Shown piece by piece: positions 38,709 to 48,758 of a stretch of 64,000 nt of DNA. The translations under genes and the position numbers were made by a program. The notes under the pieces were generated by a model that worked only from the letters and a program-made list of their open reading frames with translations, was not told where the DNA came from and did no database searches. Source of the DNA: Candidatus Spechtbacterales bacterium (GTDB lineage: Bacteria > Patescibacteriota > Minisyncoccia > Spechtbacterales > 2-12-FULL-38-22); NCBI GenBank assembly GCA_040902285.1, contig JBBDXP010000012.1:8501-72500 (forward strand). The letters run 5' to 3'. How positions within the stretch are numbered: the stretch's first letter is position 1; every line of letters starts with the position of its first letter.

Positions 38709-38712
38709 TTTT

Positions 38713-39453
38713 ATGGCAATTCAATTAACAAAACATACGCGGGAAGGAAAGAGCGAAGGCACAATCTCGGTTTCTGAGAGTGTTTTGGGGTTGAAGCCGA
38801 ATGATGAGCTATTACATTGGGTTTACAAAATAAAATCAGGAAATATGCACGGGCCGTGGGCGCACACAAAAACAAGAAGCGAGGTGCGCGGAGGAGGCCG
38901 CAAGCCCTGGAGACAAAAAGGGACGGGCAGGGCAAGGCACGGTTCCAACCGCTCTCCCATATGGGTAGGCGGAGGGGTTACATTCGGGCCTCGCAACACA
39001 AAAAATTATTTGAGAAAGGTAAATAAAAAAGTAAATGTAAAAGCGATATTAATGGCGCTTAGTTCAAAGGCGCAAAGAGGCGATCTGTTGGTTGTGGATT
39101 CACTGAATTTTGATGACCCAAAAACAAAACTGGCTCAGAATTTGTTGCAAAAGCTTAAATTTGAGGGAGTTTCTGTTTTGGTCTACGGACTTGGCAGTCA
39201 GGAGAATTTTACGAGAGTTTTCAGAAATATACCCAAGGTTAAAACAAGAAATGTAAACAGAATAGGAGTTGTGGATATATTGAATCATCAAAAATGTATC
39301 GTTTCAAAAAAAGCATTAGAAAATATAATTAAAAATTATGCCGATTCTATCACACATATTCAAAAAGCTGCAGAAGAAACAAGCGGAGCCGGAAAAAAGG
39401 CAAAGGAAAACGCGAAAGCAGGCAGCGAAAGAACAGCCAAAGCAAAGAGCTAA
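38713..39453 (+). CDS. rplD: 50S ribosomal protein L4 (long K/A-rich C-terminal tail)
   Basis: RGGGRKPWRQKGTGRARHGS…. Confidence 0.9.
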   Translation: MAIQLTKHTREGKSEGTISVSESVLGLKPNDELLHWVYKIKSGNMHGPWAHTKTRSEVRGGGRKPWRQKGTGRARHGSNRSPIWVGGGVTFGPRNTKNYLRKVNKKVNVKAILMALSSKAQRGDLLVVDSLNFDDPKTKLAQNLLQKLKFEGVSVLVYGLGSQENFTRVFRNIPKVKTRNVNRIGVVDILNHQKCIVSKKALENIIKNYADSITHIQKAAEETSGAGKKAKENAKAGSERTAKAKS

Positions 39454-39793
39454 GGTTGCCGCGAAGAAGAGCGGAACTAAGGGTGCTTCTTCAATTAAAA
39501 TCGAGCATGCGCACGGCGCGTACAATATTGTGTTGCGCCCTCATATTTCCGAAAAAAGCGTAAAACACAACGACGAAGGCAAGTATGTGTTCGAAGTATA
39601 TAAAGGAGTAAACAAAAAACAAATAGCCGCGGCGATAGAATCCGTTTACAAAGTGAAAGTGGAAAGCGTAAACAGAATAAAAATGCCCCCTAAGCCGAAA
39701 CGGCATTTAAGGCATCAGAATTTAAAATTTAGGCACGATAAAGCTGTGGTAACCCTTGCGAAAGGACAGGAAATAGAGGTTTTGCCGCAATAA
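39338..39793 (+). CDS. rplW: 50S ribosomal protein L23; start uncertain (ORF overlaps rplD 3' end by about 115 nt in another frame)
   Basis: YNIVLRPHISEKSV…KYVFEVYKGVNKKQIAAAIE. The conserved L23 body begins near 39500. ATG 39338 would give a 37-aa basic N-terminal extension. Confidence 0.8.
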   Translation: MPILSHIFKKLQKKQAEPEKRQRKTRKQAAKEQPKQRAKVAAKKSGTKGASSIKIEHAHGAYNIVLRPHISEKSVKHNDEGKYVFEVYKGVNKKQIAAAIESVYKVKVESVNRIKMPPKPKRHLRHQNLKFRHDKAVVTLAKGQEIEVLPQ

Positions 39794-39810
39794 TTTGAAA
39801 TATAAAAATC

Positions 39811-40653
39811 ATGGCAGTAAAAGTTAAAAAACCCACAACACCAGGACAGCGCGGAATGATAGTTACCGATTATAGTAAGCTTTCTAAAAAGAAGCCCGAA
39901 AAAAGTTTGTTATCTTCCTTGCATAGGAAAAAAGGCAGGAGTCACGGAAAAATAACCGTAAGGCATAAAGGAGGAGGGTCAAAAAGAAAGTTCAGAGATG
40001 TGGATTTTAAACAAAACCAGATAGGAGATACTCTTACTGTCATTGCTCTTGAGTATGATCCTAATAGAACTTCTTTTATAGCTTTGGTGCGGAACCAAAA
40101 CGGACAAAAAAGATACATACTTGCGCATTCGAAAATTAAAACGGGGGATGAATTAAAAATTGCGGAATCAGCTCCCATCAAAGAAGGCGCAAGAATGCTT
40201 TTGGTCAATATTCCGATAGGAACATTGGTTCATAATATAGAAACAAAACCCGGAAAAGGAGGCCAGCTTGCTCGTTCCGCCGGTTCACATGCCAAGGTGC
40301 TGGCGCATGACGCGGGTTATACACAGCTGACAATGCCCTCAACAGAGGTGCGAACAGTCCCAAGCCGCTCTTTGGCGACTGTGGGAGTTGTTTCAAACAC
40401 TTCTTACAGAGAGGAAGTTGTCGGGAAGGCGGGCCGCAACCGATTGAGAGGCAAAAGGCCGCATGTAAGAGGTTCGGCAATGAATCCGGTCGATCATCCG
40501 CATGGAGGGGGAGAAGGACGGTCTCCGATAGGGCTTAAATATCCTAAGACCCCTTGGGGAAAAAATGCGTTTGGAGTTAAAACAAGAAAAAGAAACAAAT
40601 ATTCGGACAACAATATAATTAAAAGGCGCAAGAAAAAGAAAAAGAAGCGATAA
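39811..40653 (+). CDS. rplB: 50S ribosomal protein L2
   Basis: Typical L2 (…RNRLRGKRPHVRGSAMNPVDHPHGGGEG…). Lys-rich C-terminus. Confidence 0.95.
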   Translation: MAVKVKKPTTPGQRGMIVTDYSKLSKKKPEKSLLSSLHRKKGRSHGKITVRHKGGGSKRKFRDVDFKQNQIGDTLTVIALEYDPNRTSFIALVRNQNGQKRYILAHSKIKTGDELKIAESAPIKEGARMLLVNIPIGTLVHNIETKPGKGGQLARSAGSHAKVLAHDAGYTQLTMPSTEVRTVPSRSLATVGVVSNTSYREEVVGKAGRNRLRGKRPHVRGSAMNPVDHPHGGGEGRSPIGLKYPKTPWGKNAFGVKTRKRNKYSDNNIIKRRKKKKKKR

Positions 40654-40665
40654 CAGATAATAAAT

Positions 40666-40950
40666 ATGCCACGATCAATAAAAAAAGGCCCGTATGTCGA
40701 TGAAAAATTGCTAAAAAAACTTGGCAAAGTTGAGCGCGGTCAAAAAACAGTCATTAAAACATGGTCCAGAGCCGCTGCAATAACGCCGGAAATGATAGGA
40801 TATACCTTCGGCGTGCATAATGGGAAAGAACATGTCCCCGTGTTTGTTACCGAAGATATGGTCGGCCATAAATTGGGCGAGTTTTCACCAACAAGAAAAT
40901 TCGTAAGGCACGGAGGCAGATTGCAAGAATCGCTGGAGAAAAAGAAATAA
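40666..40950 (+). CDS. rpsS: 30S ribosomal protein S19
   Basis: [18 protein letters not shown]…. Confidence 0.95.
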   Translation: MPRSIKKGPYVDEKLLKKLGKVERGQKTVIKTWSRAAAITPEMIGYTFGVHNGKEHVPVFVTEDMVGHKLGEFSPTRKFVRHGGRLQESLEKKK

Positions 40951-40966
40951 ATTTTAATACGAAAAC

Positions 40967-41371
40967 ATGGCTGAATACAAAGCAAAATTATCATATTTAA
41001 AAATAGCGCCCCGTAAAGTGCGTCTCGTTGCAGATCTTATAAGAGGAGGAAATGTGCGCGATGCCAAAACGCAATTAAGGTTTTCAACGAAACGGGCGGC
41101 CGTTTCCCTTTTAAAGCTTTTGAATTCAGCGGTGAGTAACGCAAAAAATTTAAAAGAAGACACAAAAGAGGAAACGCTTTTTATCAAAAAAATAACCGTT
41201 GACGAAGGCCCGAAGCTTAAAAGATTTAGGCCGGTTGCAAGAGGGCGTGCTGTCGAAATACAAAAGAAAACTTCTCACGTTTCTTTGGTGATAGCCGAAA
41301 CAGAACTTTCCCCGGAAAATAAAACAATTAAGACAAGAGCTAAAACCAAGGTTTCAAAAGACAAATCATGA
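40967..41371 (+). CDS. rplV: 50S ribosomal protein L22
   Basis: Typical L22 sequence. Confidence 0.9.
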   Translation: MAEYKAKLSYLKIAPRKVRLVADLIRGGNVRDAKTQLRFSTKRAAVSLLKLLNSAVSNAKNLKEDTKEETLFIKKITVDEGPKLKRFRPVARGRAVEIQKKTSHVSLVIAETELSPENKTIKTRAKTKVSKDKS

Positions 41372-42036
41372 CACATAAATCACATCCGGTAATTAAAAGA
41401 TTGGGAATAATAAAGGGCTGGAATTCTCGCTGGTTTAACGCGAAAAATTACCAAAGCAACGTGCGGCAAGACCATTTTATACGTGAATATATTACAAATA
41501 ATTACAAAAATGCCGGTATCGCCAATGTAGAAATAGAAAGATTCGCTAATTCCACATCAGTAATAATCGGGACTTCTCGGCCGGGTATTTTGATAGGCAG
41601 GGGTGGTAGCGGAATAGAAGATATGAAAAAGGGTCTGCTTAAAGTATTAGTCAAGGAAGCCAGAAAATTTGGAGACGAAGTGCCAAATCCGGCCAATATA
41701 CGCATTGAGGTAAGAGAAGTCAGAGAAACGGAAGCCAACGCCAGCCTTATAGCCCTGAATGTGGCCGAACAACTGGAAAGAAGAATACCTTTCCGCCGCG
41801 TTATCAAAAGGACTTTGGACAGGGTAGTTTCTCACAGGGAAGTGCAGGGAGTAAAAATAGCAGTTAAAGGCAGATTGAACGGAACCGAAATGGCCAGAGC
41901 CGAATTTGTCAAACAAGGCAAGTTGCCTCTCCAGACCCTGCGTGCCGATATTGATTATGCGCACGAGGAAGCTATTACAAAATATGGCGTTATAGGCGTA
42001 AAGGTTTGGATATATAAAGGAGAAAAACTTGAATAA
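41368..42036 (+). CDS. rpsC: 30S ribosomal protein S3
   Basis: KH domain plus S3 C-terminal domain. Order L22-S3-L16. Confidence 0.95.
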   Translation: MTHKSHPVIKRLGIIKGWNSRWFNAKNYQSNVRQDHFIREYITNNYKNAGIANVEIERFANSTSVIIGTSRPGILIGRGGSGIEDMKKGLLKVLVKEARKFGDEVPNPANIRIEVREVRETEANASLIALNVAEQLERRIPFRRVIKRTLDRVVSHREVQGVKIAVKGRLNGTEMARAEFVKQGKLPLQTLRADIDYAHEEAITKYGVIGVKVWIYKGEKLE

Positions 42037-42083
42037 AAGGCGATTTGGTGGTATTTTTATAACCTGATTTAAAACCCAAAATT

Positions 42084-42494
42084 ATGTTAATTCCCAAAAA
42101 AGTAAAACACAGAAAGTGGTGGAAAGGCAGAAAAAGAACATCGCTGGATTCCCGTGGAACGGAGTTAAGTTTTGGGAAATACGGTTTAAAGGTTACAGAG
42201 GGTTCGGCCTGGATAACATCCCGTCAAATAGAGGCTGCTCGTCGCGCCATGACCAGATATATGAAAAGAGGCGGTAAGGTTTGGATAAGGATATTTCCTG
42301 ATAAACCCGTAACGCAAAAGAGCGGAGAAATTCCGATGGGAGGCGGGAAAGGTCCGGTCGATCATTTTGTCGCGCCCGTTTCTCCTGGAAGAATACTTTT
42401 TGAGATAGATGGAGTTCCCGAAGAAATAGCCAAAGAAGCGATGAATAGAGCCAAATACAAACTGCCCGTAAAAACTAAGTTTATTCAGCGCTAA
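42084..42494 (+). CDS. rplP: 50S ribosomal protein L16
   Basis: [16 protein letters not shown]…. Confidence 0.95.
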   Translation: MLIPKKVKHRKWWKGRKRTSLDSRGTELSFGKYGLKVTEGSAWITSRQIEAARRAMTRYMKRGGKVWIRIFPDKPVTQKSGEIPMGGGKGPVDHFVAPVSPGRILFEIDGVPEEIAKEAMNRAKYKLPVKTKFIQR

Positions 42495-42502
42495 TTATAA
42501 AT

Positions 42503-42694
42503 ATGAAACCCAAGGAATTACAAAACAAATCGCCCGAAGAGTTGCAAAAACTATTACAGGACAAAAAATCCAGGGTTGTTAATTTGAAAATAAATATTGT
42601 CGGCGGGAATGTTAAAAATGTGAGAGAATTACGAGAGGCAAAAAAGGATATATCCAGGATTTACACAATAATGAACGGTAATTCTGAAAAATAA
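42503..42694 (+). CDS. rpmC: 50S ribosomal protein L29
   Basis: 63 aa, LRELREAKK pattern. Position after L16. Confidence 0.85.
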   Translation: MKPKELQNKSPEELQKLLQDKKSRVVNLKINIVGGNVKNVRELREAKKDISRIYTIMNGNSEK

Positions 42695-42696
42695 AT

Positions 42697-42957
42697 ATGG
42701 AAACTGAAAAAAACACGAAAAAAAATAGAAAAAAAATGACAGGAACAGTGGTTTCTGACAAGATGCAAAAAACTCTCGTTGTCCAGGTAAGCCGCCTTCT
42801 TGAACACCCAAGGTATAAAAAAAGAATGAAGGTTTCCAAAAGGTATAAAGCTCATTACGAGGGCGGAGATTACAGCATGGGCGATAAGGTTGAGATAGAA
42901 GAAACACGCCCTATGTCCAAAACAAAAAAATGGAAAGTGTTAAGAAAAATAAGTTAA
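42697..42957 (+). CDS. rpsQ: 30S ribosomal protein S17
   Basis: GTVVSDKMQKTLVVQV…. Confidence 0.9.
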   Translation: METEKNTKKNRKKMTGTVVSDKMQKTLVVQVSRLLEHPRYKKRMKVSKRYKAHYEGGDYSMGDKVEIEETRPMSKTKKWKVLRKIS

Positions 42958-42960
42958 ACG

Positions 42961-43326
42961 ATGATACAAAACCAATCAAAATTAAAGGTTGCCGATAATT
43001 CAGGAGCAAAAGAGGTGCAGTGCATCAGGGTTTTGGGCGGAAGCAGGCGCCGATACGCCAGAATAGGCGATATAATAGTGGCTTCCGTAAAAAAAGCGGA
43101 ACCTCGCAGGCCCGTGAAAAAGAAGGATGTGGTAAAAGCGGTGCTTGTCAGGCAAAAAAAGCCGTATCGCCGCCAGGATGGGTCTTATATTTCTTTTGAT
43201 GATAACGCGGTTGTTATAGTTGACGGCTTAAATCCGGTCGGAGGTAGAATTTTTGGCCCCATTCCCAGAGAAATAAAACAAAGAGGATATAACAAAATAG
43301 CGTCGCTGGCAAAAGAATTATTATAG
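42961..43326 (+). CDS. rplN: 50S ribosomal protein L14
   Basis: [27 protein letters not shown]. Confidence 0.95.
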   Translation: MIQNQSKLKVADNSGAKEVQCIRVLGGSRRRYARIGDIIVASVKKAEPRRPVKKKDVVKAVLVRQKKPYRRQDGSYISFDDNAVVIVDGLNPVGGRIFGPIPREIKQRGYNKIASLAKELL

Positions 43327-43328
43327 TT

Positions 43329-43640
43329 ATGAAAGTTAAAACAGGAGACAAAGTACTCGTAATAAGGGGAAAAAACAGAGGAAAATCCGGAAAAGTTACG
43401 GATGCTTTTCCTCGAGAACAAAAGGTTCTTGTTGAGGGAATTAACAAGCAGAAAAAGCATATACGGCCGAAGAAGAAAGGAGAAAAAGGTCAAACTGTTG
43501 AACGAGAAACTCCCATATCTTTATCCAACTTAAAATTAATTTGCGAAAGTTGCGGAAAACCGGCAAGAATAGGATACAAGATGGAGGGGAATGTTAAATA
43601 TAGATTTTGTAAAAAGTGCAAAAGCGTTATAAAGAATTGA
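43329..43640 (+). CDS. rplX: 50S ribosomal protein L24 with C-terminal Cys4 zinc-ribbon
   Basis: KVKTGDKVLVIRGKNRGKSGKV…; C-terminal CESCGK…CKKC. Confidence 0.9.
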   Translation: MKVKTGDKVLVIRGKNRGKSGKVTDAFPREQKVLVEGINKQKKHIRPKKKGEKGQTVERETPISLSNLKLICESCGKPARIGYKMEGNVKYRFCKKCKSVIKN

Positions 43641-43647
43641 TTTTAAT

Positions 43648-44232
43648 ATGGCAGAGGCATTAAATCTTGAAAAAATATATAAGGACAAAATAGCCAAAGA
43701 CCTTTCCGACCAGATGGGGGGAGTTAACTTATACGCTGTACCTCGTATAGGCAGAGTTGTTTTAAATACCGGTGTGGGAAAAATAATTAACATGAGAAAG
43801 GGGGGAACAACGGAGCAAAAAAAAGAAGAAGAATTGGTCGCCGATATTATAGACGGTTTGGCTCAAATTTCCGGACAGCGTCCGCAGTATATTAAATCGA
43901 AAAAATCCATATCGGGATTCAAACTACGTGAAGGCACCGTGGTGGGCTTGCGGGCCACTCTTAGGGGAAAAAAGATGTATGATTTTATAGCACGCCTTAT
44001 TCATGTGGGGCTTCCCAGAACCAGGGATTTCAGAGGAATTTCTACCAAGTCAGTTGATCAGCATGGAAATTTGACTATAGGAATAAAAGAAGCTAGTATT
44101 TTTCCTGAGCTTTCGCCGTCAAATTTTAACTGGGGATTTGAGATTACGATGGTTACTAATACCGGCGGGAAGGATGAGGCCTTGGAATTATTTAAAAAAT
44201 TAGGTATTCCGTTCAGGCAGGAAGAAAATTAA
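43648..44232 (+). CDS. rplE: 50S ribosomal protein L5
   Basis: Typical L5 sequence. Confidence 0.95.
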   Translation: MAEALNLEKIYKDKIAKDLSDQMGGVNLYAVPRIGRVVLNTGVGKIINMRKGGTTEQKKEEELVADIIDGLAQISGQRPQYIKSKKSISGFKLREGTVVGLRATLRGKKMYDFIARLIHVGLPRTRDFRGISTKSVDQHGNLTIGIKEASIFPELSPSNFNWGFEITMVTNTGGKDEALELFKKLGIPFRQEEN

Positions 44233-44240
44233 AAGATATC

Positions 44241-44423
44241 ATGCCAAAAAAATCAAAAATAGCAAAAGCGCAGAAGAAACCCAAGTTTTCAACAAGAAAA
44301 GAGAACAGGTGTTTTCGTTGCGGAAGAGGAAGAGGATATCTGCGTGATTTTGATTTATGCAGAATATGTTTTAGAGAATTGGCCAACAAGGGCCACTTAC
44401 CCGGAATAAGAAAATCAAGCTAG
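44241..44423 (+). CDS. rpsN: 30S ribosomal protein S14, zinc-binding type Z
   Basis: 60 aa with CxxC…CxxC ([20 protein letters not shown]). Confidence 0.9.
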   Translation: MPKKSKIAKAQKKPKFSTRKENRCFRCGRGRGYLRDFDLCRICFRELANKGHLPGIRKSS

Positions 44424-44438
44424 TAGTAAATAAATCAT

Positions 44439-44828
44439 ATGGATACATTAGCAGACATGTTAACTTCAATAAGAAACGCGCAAGCCGTAAATAAGGAAAT
44501 GGTTAAAGTACCTTTTTCTAACAAGAAATTTTACTTAGCCAAAGTTATGGAGCAGGAAGGATTTATAAAAAGTGTTGAAAAAAAGGGGACACAGCAAAAA
44601 CCGGCACTTGTAATAGCGTTAAAATATACCGAAACAGAAAAACCGGCTATCGGCAAATTAAAGCGCATAAGTACTCCCGGACAAAGGATATATGTAAGAT
44701 ATCAGGACATAAAACCGGTAAGAGGAGGGCATGGTAAAGCCATTATCTCTACCCCAAAAGGTATAATGACGGGGGAAAGCGCAAAAAAACAAAAAGTAGG
44801 CGGAGAATACATAGCACAAATATGGTAA
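44439..44828 (+). CDS. rpsH: 30S ribosomal protein S8
   Basis: MDTLADMLTSIRNA…. Confidence 0.95.
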   Translation: MDTLADMLTSIRNAQAVNKEMVKVPFSNKKFYLAKVMEQEGFIKSVEKKGTQQKPALVIALKYTETEKPAIGKLKRISTPGQRIYVRYQDIKPVRGGHGKAIISTPKGIMTGESAKKQKVGGEYIAQIW

Positions 44829-44835
44829 ATAAATT

Positions 44836-45378
44836 ATGAGCAGAATAGGCAAAAAACCAATAGATATTCCCGAGAAGGTGGAAGTAAGCGTTGAGGGAAG
44901 AATTGTAAAAACCAAAGGTCCTTTGGGCGAATTGGGCTTGGAAATACCGGCGGAATTGAGTGTGGAAAAACAGGATAACAAACTGGTTCTCGGTCTTCAA
45001 AACAAAAGTCCTAAGAACAGGGCTTTGTGGGGCCTCTTCCGTTCTTTAGCGGCAAATATAGTGAAAGGCGTGGCGGACGGTTTTGAAAAACAGCTGGATA
45101 TCGAAGGCGTGGGATACAGGGCCGAAGTCAAGGGAAACGATCTTGTCATGCAGCTCGGGTATTCCCATCTTGTGATTATTCCGGTGCCAGACGACTTAAA
45201 AGTAAGCGTGGAAAAATCTACGATTACGGTATCCGGCATAGATAAACAAAAAGTTGGTCAATTCGCCGCGGATATAAGAAGCAAAAGGAAGCCGGAACCC
45301 TACAAAGGTAAAGGCATAAGATACAGAGGCGAATATATTAAGCGCAAAGCCGGAAAGCGCGCCGCAACGGCAGCATAA
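44836..45378 (+). CDS. rplF: 50S ribosomal protein L6
   Basis: MSRIGKKPIDIP…. Confidence 0.95.
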   Translation: MSRIGKKPIDIPEKVEVSVEGRIVKTKGPLGELGLEIPAELSVEKQDNKLVLGLQNKSPKNRALWGLFRSLAANIVKGVADGFEKQLDIEGVGYRAEVKGNDLVMQLGYSHLVIIPVPDDLKVSVEKSTITVSGIDKQKVGQFAADIRSKRKPEPYKGKGIRYRGEYIKRKAGKRAATAA

Positions 45379-45386
45379 TAAATAAA

Positions 45387-45746
45387 ATGCAAAAAACAAG
45401 AAGTACAATTAGAAAAACCCGCCACGCAAGAATAAGAGCAAAGGTTTGTGGCACCTCAGCCAAACCGCGTCTTTTTGTGTTTAAATCAAATAAGCATATT
45501 TATGGCAGTATCATAGATGACATTGCCGGCAGAACACTGTTTTCGCTCTCCGACAATAAATTGCCGTCGAAAGCAAAAAAAACCAGTAACAACATAGATA
45601 CAGCCCGCAAAGTTGGAGAAGAATTAGGGAAAATAGCTATCGAAAAAGGAGTTAAGGGAGTTGTTTTTGACAGAGGCGGATACAATTATCACGGTAGAAT
45701 AAAGGCCTTTGCCGATGGTGCGCGCTTGTCCGGATTAAAATTTTAA
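45387..45746 (+). CDS. rplR: 50S ribosomal protein L18
   Basis: Typical L18. Position L6-L18-S5. Confidence 0.9.
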   Translation: MQKTRSTIRKTRHARIRAKVCGTSAKPRLFVFKSNKHIYGSIIDDIAGRTLFSLSDNKLPSKAKKTSNNIDTARKVGEELGKIAIEKGVKGVVFDRGGYNYHGRIKAFADGARLSGLKF

Positions 45747-45749
45747 AAT

Positions 45750-46310
45750 ATGGCAAAAAACAGAAACAAAAATAGTCAAAATACTCAATATCAAAGAGAG
45801 CCGCAGGAGTTTGAACAGCGGGTTTTGGATATAGCGCGAGTTGCGCGCGTTGTCGCCGGAGGTAGAAGATTTAATTTTAGGACTACAGTAGCAATAGGTG
45901 ATCAAAAAGGCCGCGTGGGAGTTGGCGTAGGAAAAGGAAGCGATGTTTCAATTTCCATGGGAAAAGCAACGCGTAACGCTAAAAAGAATATCATGTACGC
46001 GCCCATAACACCCGAAGGAACATTGCCTTACGAAGTTACTGGCAAACAAACGGGCTCCAAAGTATTTCTTAAGCCGGCTCCCTCCGGAACAGGTATTATT
46101 GCCGGCGGGCCGGTAAGAGTAATATGCGATTTGGCCGGCTATAAAGATGTTGTGGCCAAAATATTATCCCGAAGCACAAACAAATTAAACATAGCGGTTG
46201 CCACAATAAACGCGCTTAAGGCGGTTGATTACGAACAGCCAAAAACTGAACCTAAGAAAGTTAAAAAAGAGGAAAAGCCAAAGGCCAAAGTTGAAAAGGC
46301 AAACAAATAA
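45750..46310 (+). CDS. rpsE: 30S ribosomal protein S5 (K-rich C-terminal extension)
   Basis: RVARVVAGGRRFNFRTTVAIGDQKGRVGVGVGKG. Confidence 0.95.
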   Translation: MAKNRNKNSQNTQYQREPQEFEQRVLDIARVARVVAGGRRFNFRTTVAIGDQKGRVGVGVGKGSDVSISMGKATRNAKKNIMYAPITPEGTLPYEVTGKQTGSKVFLKPAPSGTGIIAGGPVRVICDLAGYKDVVAKILSRSTNKLNIAVATINALKAVDYEQPKTEPKKVKKEEKPKAKVEKANK

Positions 46311-46319
46311 TAATTTATC

Positions 46320-46772
46320 ATGCAGGCGCACGAACTAAAAAAAACAAAACAAAAAACATCGAGAAGAATCGGGAGAGGAGGAAAGCGCGGCACATATTCG
46401 GGCCGGGGGATAAAGGGACAGAAATCTCGCGCCGGAGCCAGAATAAGGCCCCAGATTCGGGATTACATTTTAAGTACCCCAAAACTTACCGGAACCGTTC
46501 ATAAAGCGGGCGGAAACATGGGCAAGCCGAGAGAACCCGCTCATTATATAAACACAGGAGAATTAGATAATGTTGCGAAAAAGGGAGATACTGTGGACGC
46601 CAAATATCTAACAGAAAATAATTTGATAAAACACGCCAAAGGGCGCGGATATGGTAGAATAAAACTCTTGGCCAAAGGCGGCCTGTCAAAAGAAATTACG
46701 GTTAAAGGCCTTATTTTGTCAAAAAAAGCCAAAGAGTTGGTAGAAAAAGCCGGAGGCAAGATAGAGAATTAA
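46320..46772 (+). CDS. rplO: 50S ribosomal protein L15 (no rpmD/L30 gene between rpsE and rplO)
   Basis: RRIGRGGKRGTYSGRGIKGQKSRAG. Confidence 0.9.
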   Translation: MQAHELKKTKQKTSRRIGRGGKRGTYSGRGIKGQKSRAGARIRPQIRDYILSTPKLTGTVHKAGGNMGKPREPAHYINTGELDNVAKKGDTVDAKYLTENNLIKHAKGRGYGRIKLLAKGGLSKEITVKGLILSKKAKELVEKAGGKIEN

Positions 46773-46787
46773 TAAATATATTAAAAA

Positions 46788-48077
46788 ATGGGCTGGTACG
46801 AACAATTCAGAGCAATATTCAGAATAAGGGAATTAAGGAACAAAATGCTTTTTGTTCTGGCGGTTTTAGGTGTTTTTCGCGTTGCGGCTGTAATACCCGT
46901 ACCTGGTATAAATACCGAAGAGTTGAGCGCATTTCTGGGCGGTAATCAATTTTTCGGATTTTTGAATATTTTTTCAGGAGGCGCTTTAAGCAATTTATCC
47001 ATTGTAATGCTCGGTCTTGGTCCATACATTACAGCAACCATTACACTGCAGCTTCTTACCATGATATTCCCAAAGTTGAAGGAAATGTACGAAGAGAGCG
47101 GAGAAGAAGGAAAGCAGAAGTTTAACCAATATGGAAGAATGTTTACTGTTCCTTTGGCGGCCCTCCAGGGTTATACATTGATAAAATTATTCCAAAGTCA
47201 GGCCATACTTCCCAATGTTTCTCCTTTGGAAATGATAACTATTCTAGCGACCGTAACAGCGGGAGCGGTTTGGCTAATGTGGCTTGGAGAATTGATAACT
47301 GAAAAAGGAATAGGAAACGGCATATCACTTTTAATATTTGCCGGTATTATATCAAGTTTGCCCATAACCTTGAGAAATGTTGTTGTATCGGCAACACCGG
47401 AAGATGTCCCCGGATATGTGCTTGCGTTTTTGGTAAGCTTATTTATAATTGCGGCTGTTGTGGTGGTTAACGAGGCAAAAAGAAATATTCCCATATCTTA
47501 TGCCAAACAGGTCAGGGGCAATAAGATTTATGGGGGAGCTACCACATATCTTCCCCTCTCGCTTAATCCGGCGGGGGTTATCCCTATTATATTCGCGCTA
47601 TCTCTTATTCTTTTCCCGGGTATAATTGCCGGCTTTTTACAGGGAGTCCAAAATGAATTGGTACAGAGTATCGCCGCCATTTTGAATGGGTTTCAAAATA
47701 ATATAGTTGCATATTCAATAGTGTATTTCCTTATGGTTGTATTTTTCACATATTTTTATACAGCCGTAACGTTTAATCCCGAAACCGTTTCCCAGAATTT
47801 GCAGAAACAAGGCGGGTTTATACCGGGTATCAGGCCAGGCAGACCCACGGCAGAACGGCTTACTTTTATACTTAACAGAACGCTTCTTGTCGGAGCCGTT
47901 TTTCTCGGAGGCATTGCCATAGTGCCGTCGCTTGCCCAGATTTTTGCGGGAGGCGCTGCGGGAGCGGGCAGCTTGTCTTTTGTTATAGGAGGAACCTCCG
48001 TGTTGATAGTTGTATCGGTTGCGCTTGATACCATCCGTCAGATTAAAAGCCAGATAGTAATGAGGCAATACGAGTAG
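46788..48077 (+). CDS. secY: Preprotein translocase subunit SecY
   Basis: 10 TM helices, typical SecY motifs. Position after rplO. Confidence 0.95.
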   Translation: MGWYEQFRAIFRIRELRNKMLFVLAVLGVFRVAAVIPVPGINTEELSAFLGGNQFFGFLNIFSGGALSNLSIVMLGLGPYITATITLQLLTMIFPKLKEMYEESGEEGKQKFNQYGRMFTVPLAALQGYTLIKLFQSQAILPNVSPLEMITILATVTAGAVWLMWLGELITEKGIGNGISLLIFAGIISSLPITLRNVVVSATPEDVPGYVLAFLVSLFIIAAVVVVNEAKRNIPISYAKQVRGNKIYGGATTYLPLSLNPAGVIPIIFALSLILFPGIIAGFLQGVQNELVQSIAAILNGFQNNIVAYSIVYFLMVVFFTYFYTAVTFNPETVSQNLQKQGGFIPGIRPGRPTAERLTFILNRTLLVGAVFLGGIAIVPSLAQIFAGGAAGAGSLSFVIGGTSVLIVVSVALDTIRQIKSQIVMRQYE

Positions 48078-48134
48078 CATTCATTTTTAAGCTTGTATGC
48101 TGGTATAATGCTTATATGAACTATAAGCATTTTT

Positions 48135-48755
48135 ATGACCGGGGACTTTGAAAAACCTGTAGCAATAATGATGATGGGCCGGCCGGGAGCGGGCAAGGAT
48201 ACGCAGGCAGAAATACTGGCAAAAAAAATGGATTTGATTCGTATAGTTACAAGTGATCTTCTGCAAAGAAAATTTGCTGAAAATCCGGATAATCCTAGTA
48301 TAAAAAAAGAAAAATCCATTTTTGCCGCGGGCGGCCTCAACACTCCTTCGTGGGTGCTGGAAACGGTTAAAGAGCATGTTAAAGAGCTGTCGAGCAATAA
48401 TTTTAATGGAGCCAAGGGAATAATATTCGGGGGTTCTCCGCGCACAATGTATGAAGCGGAAAATCTCACCCCATTTTTAGAAGAATTATTGGGTAGAGGA
48501 AATATAATAGCTTTTTATCTGGAAGTTTCCGAGGAGGAGGGCAAAAACAGAATATTAAAAAGAAATTCGCGTCCTTTAGATAGGGATCCGGAAAAAATAA
48601 AAGTAAGAATGAAAGAATATACCGAACGAACGGATTTGGTATTGAATTATCTTGAAAAACTAGGAATCTTAATCAGGATAGACGGAATGCCGCCGGCTGA
48701 GGATGTCGCGGCGGAAGTAGAAGGCAAATTGGCCGAAAGGATATCATACTCTTAA
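48135..48755 (+). CDS. adk: Adenylate kinase
   Basis: P-loop GRPGAGKDTQ. The start may be one of the internal Met (IMMMGRPGAGK). Confidence 0.85.
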   Translation: MTGDFEKPVAIMMMGRPGAGKDTQAEILAKKMDLIRIVTSDLLQRKFAENPDNPSIKKEKSIFAAGGLNTPSWVLETVKEHVKELSSNNFNGAKGIIFGGSPRTMYEAENLTPFLEELLGRGNIIAFYLEVSEEEGKNRILKRNSRPLDRDPEKIKVRMKEYTERTDLVLNYLEKLGILIRIDGMPPAEDVAAEVEGKLAERISYS

Positions 48756-48758
48756 AAA

